A DNA stretch of 64,000 bases, taken from assembly GCF_963921235.1 (NCBI RefSeq), contig NC_086097.1:20524001-20588000 (forward strand). Reading direction: 5' to 3'. Position numbers and translations under genes: made by a program. Under the pieces are notes generated by a model. That model saw only the letters and a program-made list of their open reading frames with translations. It had not been told where the DNA came from and searched no databases. Positions 22,901 to 34,900 of the stretch are shown here, in pieces (position 1 is the first letter of the stretch; each line of letters opens with the position of its first letter). This stretch comes from Mobula hypostoma (Eukaryota).

Positions 22901-25900
22901 TGTAAAAAAGGCCTGAAAGATCATTGGGGACCCAAGTCATCCCAACCACAAACTGTTCCAGCTGGTACCATCCAGGAAATGGTATTGCAGCATTAAAGCC
23001 AGGACCAACAGTCTCCAGGACAGCTTCTTCCACCAGGCCATCAGACTGATTAATTCATGCTGACACAATTGTATTTCTATGTTATATTGACTGTCCTGTT
23101 GTACATATTATTTTTTACAAATTACTATAAATTGCACATTGTACATATAGACAGAGATGTAATGTGAAGGTTTTTACCTGTGAAAAGACATAACCTGTAA
23201 GTCTTTGAAATGTGGGAGGAATCCAGAGCACTGGAAGAAACCCACATAGTCACGGGGAGAATGTACAAACTCCTTGATAGAACTGCAACATTTCCGTGTG
23301 ACTCTTGAGCTCATTTCCCCGACCAGTGAAGGCCAATACACCATACGCCTTCTTAACAAACCTATCAACCTGCGTGTGTACGTGCCTTTGCTGTCTGGTG
23401 CGATGATATTTCACTGCGTTGTTCCTTCAGCTGAAAGAGTCCAAGCGAGCAGTGAATAGCCTCCATGACATCGTGACTGATGATGATGACGATGTGGAGA
23501 AGGTCAGCTGGAGCGGAGAGCCTGTTGGAAGTAAGGATTGTGGCTATCAATGACTCCTGCCTCTCTCTCACCTGACCCCACACTTTGAGCTCTACCGCCA
23601 GTCTCTCTCCCTCTTCCTGACCTACTCTTTCTCTGCACTCCTTTTGCCATGCATGCTTGCCCATACTCTCCCCAGGCAGGATCTACAACCACCTGTCACT
23701 CGCAACTACTTGCCTACTGCACAGCTCAATTGCTCACAAACCTCCCTCACGCTCCTCTCCACACAGTAGCGCATCCCCCTCACTTACTCTGCCTCGCTCT
23801 ACCCCTTTGCTCTTTCAACCCCTTTGCTCACACCCCCTCGCCTATTCTTCCTCACTCAACCCCCTTATTCCCCCCCCCACCCCGCTTTCACCTACCTCCC
23901 CCACTCACCCACACAGACACTCCTTCCATCCTCGGTTCTCTCCTCTCCCACAGAGTGATGAGGTAATTTCTCTTCAGTATCTGTTTCTTTGCCTGATTCT
24001 GAGTCCCTTTATGGAAAAATTTATGTGGGAACGAATCATCGCAGCCCTGCACTGTTTCAAAGCACCTCATAAGTAGGTTAAGACTTATTGAATAGTAGCT
24101 GCTTTTGGGCCCCATACCTAAGAAAGGATGTGCTGGCTCTTGAGAGAGTCCAGAGGATGTTCACGAGAATGATCCTGAGAATGAAAGGGTAAATGTATGA
24201 GGAATATTTGATGGCTCTGGGCCTGTGCTTGCTGGAGTTTAGAAGAATGGTGGGGGTGGGGTGGGGGTGTGGAATCTCATTGAAACCTACTGTCTATTAA
24301 AAGGCCTAGATAGAGTGGACATGGAGAGGGTGTTTCCAATGGTGGGAGATTCTAAGACCAGAGGGCAGAGCCGCAGAATAGAAGGACATCCCTTTAGAAC
24401 GGAGATGAGGGGGACTCTCTTTAACCATAAGGTGTTAAACTTGTGGAATTCATTGCCACAGACAGCTGTGGATGTATTTTGTTGATTAGTAAGGCTGTCA
24501 AAAGTTATGGGAAGAAGGTAGGAGAATGAGATTGAGAGGGATAATAAATCAAACATGATTGAATGGTGGAGTAGACTTGATGGGCCAAATAGCCTAATTC
24601 TGCTGCAATGTCTTATGATCTTGGAACCTAGGTAGTACAATAAAAGCACAATTGTAGGTGCTCTTCACCCCTTCTCACTGTGGAGTGTTTAGGAAGTAAC
24701 ATCTGAGCAGACTTGGCAGCAAGAATGTTGAAAGGATCTGTGTTGTAAATCCAAGGAAGGGCTCTGCTTGTATCTAAGGAGCTTCCAGATTGTGTATTTC
24801 TTTCCTCAGGTATTTCCTGGTCAATCAAAGAAAATGCAACAGGGGGCCGATCGGGAGATCTCAGGGAGTTGTCTGCCTCAAGGTCTAGCTCGGACACAGT
24901 GCATCAGACTTCTTCCAAGCCTGCCTCCTCTTATTCTCTAAGCAGCTTTTTCAAAGGTAAACGACTTTGGTTTGAGGTCTTGTGTGAATGCTGGTAGGAA
25001 AAAAATCAGTTAGTCCTCTAGGTTCTCCCTTATTTGTGGTGGCCAGAGCTTTGTAACTGGGGACAATTTGTTCCACTCTTAAGTTACCTTCTGGAAGAGA
25101 AGGACACAAGAATGATTGGTGGAGTAGTCGATAAGGTGGAAGGTTGTGAAAAGATACTGAGGGACATGGATCATTTGGAAAGTTGGGAGGAGCAGTGGCA
25201 GATGGAGTTTAATTCAGACAAGTGTGAGGTAATGCACTTTGAGACGATAAATGCAAAAGATGGAACATACCTCTGGAATGTTGTAAATAGAAATAAGGTC
25301 AGATAAAGATTTATTTGTCACATGTACATCAAAACATATAGAGAAATGTTTGTGTCAAATCAAATCAATGAAGATTGTGCTGGGAAGCCCACAAATGTTG
25401 TCATGCTTCCAAGGCCAATATACCATGTTCATAGCTTATTACTTGTAACCATATGTCTTTGGAGTGCAGGAAGAAACTGGGACACCCTTAAGTAATGCAC
25501 AGGTCATGGGGAGAACGTATAAACTCTTTTCAGACAGTAGTGGAAATTGAACTCTGATCTCACAGATGGCACTGTAAAGCAATTGCACTGACTGACTTGC
25601 TACTATGCTGTCAATGTGCTTGATGTACAGAGGGACATTCCAGTTCTATTTCATAAAATCACAATCAAGTTTATTACCTCTGATATATATTGTGAGTTAT
25701 AATAAGAAATACATACAAAATAAATAAATAGTACAATAAAGTGCAAAATGGCAAGACTGAGTTCATGGGCTGTTCGGAAACCTGATGGCAACAGGGAAGA
25801 AGCTGTCTCTAAAACATTGAGTGTCCATTCACAGGCTCCTGTACCTCCTCCCTGATGGTAGTAATAAGAAGAGAGCATCTCCTGGATAGTGAGGGTGTTT

Positions 25901-28900
25901 AACAGGGAATGATACCTTCTTGAGGTGCCATCTTTTGAAGATGTCTTTGATGGTGGGGAGGCTAGTGCCCATGATGGAGCTGTCTGAGTTTACAACCCTT
26001 TGCAGCTGTTTCCCATACTGTGCCTTGGTGTCTCCATACCAGGCAGTGATGCAAGCAGTCAGAATAGTCTCCTCGGGACATTTGTAGCTGTTTTCTAATC
26101 TTTGGTGACATATCAAATCTCCAAAACTCTTAATGAAGTTCAGACACTGGCACACTTTCTTCATGATTGCATCAATGTGTTAGGCCCAGGATAGATCCTC
26201 TGAGATGCTGACTCCCAGAGTTTGAAGCTGTTCACTTTTCTGCTGCTGGCCCCTCACTGAGGACTGGTATGTGTTTTCCTGACTTCCCCTTCCAGAAGGC
26301 CACAATCAATTCCTTGGTCATACTGACATCGACTGCAAGGTGGTTGTAATTGTCCTCGGCACATGTAAAAAATTCTGTAAAGCAAAGATGCATTCAAAAT
26401 AATGAATTGAAAAGTTTCTAGTATTAAAAAACTTACAATAAAGAGCTAAATGAAGTAAAAAACTAAAATGAAATTAATATTTGATGTGACCAGCCCTTGC
26501 CTTTAACACTGCATCAATTCTCTAAGTTATGTTGTCATCCAATTTCGTAAGAAAATTGGCTGATAGTGAAGCATCTTGGAGAACATTTCCTTCAACTTCC
26601 CTCAGATTCTACCTCTCACCAACATACTAGGGGCAACTTACATTGACCAAGTGACTTCCCAACCCTCGTATCTTTGGGACATGGGAGGAAACTGGAGTAT
26701 ACAGAAGTTGTCATAGGGAGAATGTGTAAGTCTCCTCGTAGACAGCACCCATTGGGCAGAAGGTACAAAAGCCCGAAAGCATCAGGCTCTAGGACAGCTT
26801 CTATAGAATGTTCCCTCGTATGTTACGATGGACTTTTGACTTCATTATCTATCTCATTGTGATCTTAAAATATACTGCACTTTATTCTGCACTCTTATCT
26901 ACTTCACTACACAATTGTAGTGCATTGACCTGTATCAGTGGTTCCCAAACTTTTTCGGGTTACCTACCCTTTGGCTCCCAGACCACATTCCCGGTGACCC
27001 CTTTCCTTTTTCGGTCATTACATAAAAATTATAAAGAATTTTGATTCATGATGCACAGTGAAAGAAGATAGGAACTTCAAGTTCAAAAGAGTGACAAATA
27101 ATTGCAAAAATTATTCAAATATATTTAAAACTACAAATAAAGGTTTTTTTTAGTTAATACTTTAGTCAGATCCTCACGTTCAGTAATTTGCAGTCTGTTT
27201 TGTTGTTTTGAAAGAAGTTGGGTGATTGCACTGAAACCATGCTCCACTAAATATGATATTGGAAAGGCAATAAAGAATATTTTCACCTTTTCCCACAGTG
27301 CAGGATAGCGTTCAGAGATTTCTTTCTGCAATCGCATTTGTTAATGTGAATTTTTGAACCTCAGCTTCAGCTCAAGGTCATTTTGTAGCAAGATCAGTTC
27401 TTTCTCCATCCTTGCTGTTAATTCCATAATACAAGTGTTATTACCCAATCTGGAATTTGGATAGAGAGAAGATCCTGAAATCTCTCCGACATATCTTTAT
27501 GCAACTCACCCAGGTTTGCACAGTATACTTGAAAATTATCATCTGGTGTTCTTTCTTTCTCTTTCAACTCAAGAGAGGCTTGGAAATTGGAAAAGGTGGT
27601 GATGACCAGTGTTGCACTTACGTAGGGTTAACTTAGAACAGAAATGTGGAGGCGACTGATTTGACTTTGATAAAATTCACATTATTTCCTTGCAATTGAA
27701 GATTGATTTAATTAAACTTCGCAATAGTTTCTGACAAATAGGCAATATCCCGCCTAATATTCTTGAGTTGATTACCGAATGAAGCATTGGAAGTCTTCAA
27801 AGAATTTTATCACAGTTTCAAAATATGCGTAAAAGTGTCTCAGGCAGTTTTCTTCTGAGGGTACGTCCACACTAAACCAGATAAATCTGTAACCGAAGCT
27901 TTTTCTCTTCGTTTTGACCCTTCTTCCACACTGGAACGGCATTTTCCTCCCCCGAAAACGGAGCTTTTCTAAAACACTCTCCAGAGTGTGTAAATTTGAA
28001 AACGCCGATTGTGCAGAGCAGTGTGGACAGGGTAACCAGAGATTTCTAAAAACACTGTCATGACGTGCCGGAATAGGTGGCGGTGACAGCGCGGCATTTC
28101 ATTGTTTTCTTGAACGCAACTCCCCACACAACCTAACAATTTCAGAACAGACGGCAACGAGACTGAAGCCAGAAGAGTTAGAAATGTACTCTCCAGATAC
28201 TTTGACCCATAATTTACTGAATAAATAAGTGTACTCACTTTGCCCTGTTTTCTGTCCTTGCTTGTATGAAGGTGGTTTACCTATTTATGAAAGTACTTCT
28301 CTGACAATAGATGTGTAACAGCCTCATGTAACATTGTATGGAAATACTGATGCAGACATGTTTTATACATTTAACAAGGTGCTTTGTTAATGCAACAGAA
28401 TTAGTCAGTTTTTCAATATTTGTCGTCAGCCAGGTCATACTATCTGTGAACTCCCTGTCGGTTGCCTCCATACACTCCAGTATTTTTTTTTTAGTTTTAA
28501 GTCCTCCTGCGCGAGACCAACAGCTGCCCCTTGTTTGGCAATTTCCTTTTAAATTTTTCTAGTCTGTAGCTGCACAAACGCGCATTTTCACAGCGAGATT
28601 CGACACCAAACATGTCGCTGGTAGATGTGTCCTGCACATGCCCAGTAAGAGGAGATTCGCCCAAATACCCATTTTAATGTGGACAGAGGTATTTTCAAAA
28701 ACTCTTGGTGTGGACGCCTATCGTTTTTACGCAAAACCAGCATTTTCAAAATTATCTGGTCTAGTGTGGACGTAGCCTGAGAGACGTCTGACTTCTGTGT
28801 GCAGCAGCAAGCATTCAGGCTGTTCATCATTCTCAATACAAAGCTCTCAAAATAGTTGAGATTTGAGAGCATCAAACTGGATTTTTTTTACCACTGTGAT

Positions 28901-31900
28901 AACAGTATTTAATGATTTTTGTGGCTGATTACAGTTTTTTTGTGACCAGATCTTGTCTGAATTACACAGTAAATCTGTTAGGTTCAGCTTTTTTCAAGAA
29001 AGTAATAATATATGCCGGCATCCTGTCATTAATAGTGCCCCTTCTGTTGCACAAGCAAGAATATTGCACTGCTTTAAGTGACTGGGACTGAGTTTACATG
29101 CATGTGTGCAGCATTAGTGAGTAGAATGTCCTTCTCTTTGAAAAACTGATCAACAACCCAAAATATTGACTCTCCATTCATATCTGTTTCTAGTCCTTTT
29201 GCAAATAACAACTCGTGAACCATGCTTTCATCTTTTATGAAGCGGACATAATCAAGAAGTAAAGATTTGTTGCCTGGCAAAGTTGACTCATTCAACTGCA
29301 AAGCAAGTTATTTAGTCCTAAGTGTGTTGCACAGTGTGTCCTCCAACTTCTGAGGCACTTCGTCTATTTACCTTTGAACAGAGTTGTCGCTGAGTGGAAT
29401 CGATTTAATTATTTGGTCTGGTGACTTATGCAAAACCATACTCAGAACCTCCCTTACCCAGCATCAGAATCAGAGGGTGAGAGGTGACATGATAGAGGTA
29501 TATAAGATGATGAAATGCATTGATCGTGTGGATAGTCAGAGGCTTTTTCCCAGGGCTGGAATGGCTAGCACTAGAGGTCACTTGGAAGTTGGTACAGAGG
29601 AGATGTCAGGGGTAAGTTTTTTATGCAGAGATGGTGAGTGTGTGGAATGGGCTGCCGCTGACAGTGGTGGAGGCAGATATGGTAGGGTCTTTTAAGAGAC
29701 CTCTGAACAGGTACGTGGAGCTCAGAAAAATAGTGGGCTATGGGTAACCCTAGGTAATTTCTAAGTTAAGGACTTGTTCAGCACAGCCTTGTGGGCCGAA
29801 GGGCCTGTATTGTGCTGTAGGTTTTCTATGTTTCTATCAGGTTTATTATCACCAGCATGTGTTGTAAAATTTGTTAACTTAGCAACAATAGTTCAATACA
29901 GTTGTTACATACCTCATGGAGATCTTGTGACTTTCTTGTGAGAATGATGTAATGGTCTTTTGGAGGTCACCTGATGTAATTTTCCCGCCGATGTGAGGTC
30001 ACGTGATGACATGTTCACCACGGGTATAAAAGGGAAGACCCCTGGTGACGCAGTTAGTTTTCCAGTTAGAATGTCAATGAGATACTCTGCTCCGCTGCGT
30101 ATTTGCATTATGACGCAGTTTTGATTTTTAAATGGAGTTTTATGTTCTATTGTAAGGTACAGAAATACTGGGCCGGCAGTTTGACCAATTGCTGCCAGGT
30201 TTGTTAATGTATCTTTTCAGTAACATTGGAGAGTGAAGACGGGACCCTGAAGGAGACGTTGACGGGTTTGGAAAGGATCGACCATTATTGAATTTGTTCA
30301 AGAGAGAGTGATCTGCATGAGATAGCCTCTGCTAAAAGTGGTAGAAAAGGCTGTGCAGGATCTAGTCTATGGAGGAGGAAGGTCAGTGCCTTTAAAACCA
30401 TTTTATTTCCGTCGTTGTGAATCCTGCGGACAAGGAAGGATCCGGCTGGGAGTGGCAGCGACATCGTGTCTTCGAGGAATTCGTTACTTTATGAAAGTCT
30501 CTCCTAATTGACTATATAAATCTCTTGGACTTTAACATTTACCATTCGAAGAACTGTGTTTGAATTTATCGCTTTAAGAACTGGTTTCGCATTTATCGCT
30601 TTAAGAGCTAGTACTGAGTAGCGGTTTAATGAATGGCTGCATAGCAGTTTACTTCCGGTTAGGGTTTTTGTTTTTTGTTCATTGTTTATCAGGGTTTAAT
30701 AAATGCTTGTTTGTTTCTAAATCCTGACTTGATATATTCATTGTTGCCGATCACGTGACACTGTACATAATATAGAAAAAACTAAAATAATAATAATAAT
30801 AAAGAAATAAGTGGTAAGTACTGCTGACACAGTCAGTTCTTCTCCAACTGTATTGGGCTTTCCAGATTTAGCAATAAGCAATGAAATTTGTATGAAACAC
30901 TCAAATCATCACTGTTTGGTTGCAGAGTGCTGGCAAACATGTTTTGAAGTGTTTTATGTTTCTGAAAGTTTTCACAAAATGACTGAAAATAAGCCAAGTT
31001 CTTGTTTCCTTTATCAGAGTGTATTCTTTCAATGATGAAGGAGCCTGGATGGTTTCATTGTCTCATTTGAAAAAAGCTTTTCACACATCAGATATACCGG
31101 CTGCTGTTGTTCGCTTGTTACTAGTATAAATCCGTATTTATCGTCTACACTTCATTTTCATTTGGTCTGCATCTTCCATTTTCGTTACGGTTTAATGACC
31201 ATGATCAATCAACTGAAGGTTTAAAGTGGGGCAGTGATATCTCGGTTGAGCCATGTGCTAGGGAAATGCAGTCAAGCCAATTCAAAAGGGTAGTTTTGAA
31301 CTTTACCCTGTTGAACGCCATATCCTAATTCACAGGAATTGTGTCACTGCATGGTTAGAGCATGGGAATTATACTACAGTAGAGAATGGCAATAATGCAC
31401 AGGCTGACCCAAGGAATACAATTTCTTCAATATCTTATGTTATGCTAAATACAGAAGCGTTACATTGCTTTTCGACCACTATAATGTGCTTCGAGCAAAA
31501 TCTAAGAGAACGGTGAGTTAGCAAGGAATAGGGTGCTGATTATCGTAATTAACTAAGCCTATAAACCCTCAGCTGCCCCCCCCTTGCTATTGACCGTTCC
31601 CCCCACTGCTCCCTTATCTTTTTTGTCCTCTTTGAAACTCCCAGTATCCCAGACAGGTAGTATCACCCACTTTGGGAATCAATGATCTATAAGGACGGTA
31701 TATAAGACAGGGTTTTCACTGTGCCCTTGTACATGTGAGAATAATAAACCAATTTACTAACTTTTACAGATATGGTGCAGGCAGACAATAAATTGCAAGA
31801 GCCATGACATTGTAGGTTGTGAAGTCAAGAAAGCATCTTTAAGAGTTCTCTTCCCACAACTGCTGTCTGGCCTGCTGAGTGTTTTTCTGTTTTTTATCTC

Positions 31901-34900
31901 AGATTTTCAATAGCTGCAGGTATTCTGATTTTATTTTCCTTTGACAAGGAGCTGGAGTGACTCTGGCCCATGGCCTCTTTCTGTGCTGTAACTATTGTGT
32001 GTTTACAGCCTATGCTTCTCCAGTTCTCACCTACACTGAAACACCCTTCCTGTCTTCATATCATATGTTATAACTGGACATTATAACAGAAGTGGGCCGA
32101 GCAATGGCAGTTGGAGTTCAATTTGGAAAAGTGTGAAGTGATTCACTTTGGAAGGTTGAACTAGAAGGCAGGCTACAGAATTAATGACAGGATTGTTAGC
32201 AGTGTAGAGCAACAGAGGGATCTTGGGGTCCACATCCATAGGTCCTTCAAAGTTGCTGTGCAAGTTGATAGTGTGGTTAAGAAGGCCTTCATTAGCTCCA
32301 TGATGTACGAGTTAAAGTCCCAGATGTAACTCACCAGATCTATTCTCAACATGCGTCCAAATAGTTTCCCCAGGTGGGTATTTAAAGGCAAGTGTCTCCA
32401 TGAAGTACTGGGACTCATGTTCATAACTGTAACTGTGGGTCCAGTTAAATATGAGATGGGAAATACTCAGGATCAGGTTTAATATCATTGGCATATGTTG
32501 TGAAATTTGTTGTTATGCAATAGCAGTACGTAATAGTAAATTAGAGTGAGAACTATGTATAAAAAGAGTTCAATATGTAGTGCAAAAAGAGAAAAAGAAA
32601 GTAGTGAGGCTCAATGTCCATTCAGAAACCAGATAGCAGAGGGTAAGAAGCTATTCCTGAATCTTTGAGTCTGTGCTTTCAGGCTCCTGATGGTAGTAAT
32701 GAGAAGAGGGCTGTGGTAAAGTCAGTGTATTCTGAAACTGGGTAAATACAGTTATGGTAAAGGGAAACACCACTTTTCAGTCTCTTCTCTGTACTTGCCT
32801 AACCTTTGGATTGTTTTGTCCTGCAGGTAAAAGGGATTCTTCAAGTGGTTTATTTGGGATCAGCCGGCCTGGGAGTTTCCAGACACTTTCTGATTGTAAG
32901 TACTTTTTTTTGGCTTTACAGTTATTTGGGCCATCGGTTACTCGGGGCAGCCACTCATTTGGGATAACACAAAGAACAAAAACAATTCGAAGAAATAGCG
33001 TTAGTCACATGCATGTCATGTGGCTTAGAGCAAATAGTTGTTAAATAGCGTTACTTGCGTATTTGTGTTAATAAAAACAGTGATTTTTGTCACTGATGGT
33101 TGGCAAGTAATACAGAGTAAGACAATTCAGAACTGTTTTGCTCACTGTGGTTTCAAGCATTCTGGCTTGAAGATATCAGATATGGCTGGGAGTGAAAATG
33201 AAACAATTTCACTACTTCAGCAAGTTAGGGGGATCTGTCAGGTTGCATGGGGATTGTGAGTGAACAGCCCTTTTCAAGTCCAGCCACAAATTCTCAGTTG
33301 GTTTGAAGTCTGGACTCTGACTTGGCCACTCCAGGACATTAACTTGTTGTTTTTAAGCCATTCCTGTGTAGCTTTGGCTTAATGCTTGGGGTCATGGTCT
33401 TGCTGGAAAACACATCTCCCAAGTCGCAGTTCTCTTGCAGACTGCATCAGGTTTTCCTCCAGGATTTCCCCGTATTTTGCTGCGTTCATTTTACTCTCTT
33501 CCTTCACAAGCCTTCCAGGGCCTGCTGCAGTGAAGCATCCCCACAGCATGATGCAGTCACCACCATGCTTCACAGTAGGGATGGTGTGTTTTTGATGACG
33601 TGCGGTATTCGGCTTACGGCAGACGTAGCATTTAGTCTGATAGCCAGAAAGCTCAATTTTGGTTTTATCAGACCATAGAATCTTTTTCCAGCTGATTTCA
33701 GAGTCTCCCACATGCCTTCTGGCAAACTCTAGCCGAGATTTCATGTCAGTTTTTATTCAGCAATGGTTTTCTCTTTGCCACTCTCTCATAAAGCTGCAAC
33801 TGGTGAACCATCTGGGCAACAGTTGCTGATTGCACAGTCTCTCTCATCTCAGCCACTAAAGCTTGTAACTCCTCCAGAGTTGTCATAGGTCTCTTGGTGG
33901 CCTCCCTCACGAGTCCCCTTCTTGCACAGCCAGATTTACAGCTGTGCTATATTCTTTCCATTTCTTGATGATTGACTTACCTGCACTCCAAGGGATTTTC
34001 AGTGACTTGGAAATTTTCTTGTATCCATCTCCTGACGTGCTTTTCAATAACCCTTTCATGGAGTTGCTTGGAGTGTTCTTTTGTCTTCATGGTGTAGTTT
34101 TTGCCAGGATTCTGACTCACCAACATTTGGACATTCCATATTTGGGTGTATTTTTACTACAACAGTTGAAACACCTTGACTGCACATTGGTCTCCAAAAA
34201 CAGATCTCAATTATGAGACTTCTAAAACCAGTTGGCTGCGCCAGTGATGATTTGGTGTGACATATTAAAGGGGGTGAATACTTATACAATCAACTATTTA
34301 TGCTTTCTGTCATTCCATCATGGCTGTTCATTATACTTCTCAACTCCATTCTCCCCGTTAACTTTGATGCTCTTATTAATCAAGAGCCTATCAACCTCCA
34401 CTTTTTATACAGGTGTCCCCGTTTTTCAAACGTTCGCTTTAGGAAACCTCACTGTTATGAAAGACCTACATTAGTACCCTATTTTCACTTTCAGAAGGTG
34501 TTTTCACTGTTACGAAAAAAAAATTCAGCGCACGATAAAAGGCAGCACGCCCCGAGCAGCAACTCGCCCCCAGATTCAGAACTGCTTTGCTTTAACACGT
34601 TGCAGTGAGCAGCCGTTTGCAAGATGAGTTCTATGGTATTGGAAAAGCCTGAAAGAGCTCGTAAGGGTGTTACACTTACGGTAAAACTAGACATAATTAA
34701 GCGTTTTGATATGGTGAACCAAGTAAGGACAATGCGAGTTTGGCTTGTGGAAGCTGACGAACATGATGTTGAAGAGGTTTTGGCATCCCATCACCAAGAA
34801 CTGACAGGTGAAGAGCTGATGCAATTGGAAGAAAAAAGGACAACAATCGAAACCGAATGAGTAACGATAAAGTACGACTTTAATTTTGAAAGGGTACATC

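Larger units (their letters stand above)
26936..31684 (-). mobile_element. hAT (Buster/Charlie-type) transposon with decayed transposase and nested insertions
   Basis: Termini CAGTGGTTCCCAAA / TTTGGGAATCAATG; degenerate 8-bp TSD ACCTGTAT/ATCTATAA; - strand peptides [79 protein letters not shown]. Confidence 0.9.

Noticed and set aside
23560..23950. Pro/His/Leu-rich ORFs
   Set aside because: C/T-rich low-complexity intron sequence; the ORFs are compositional artefacts.
26936..31684. Functional ZBED/SCAND3-like domesticated gene
   Set aside because: Multiple stops, frameshifts and nested insertions, with TIRs retained; a dead transposon.
31845..31930. Additional hammerhead copies (also ~39030, ~50945)
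   Set aside because: Only the degenerate pLTR tail remains; no CUGANGA/GAAA core.
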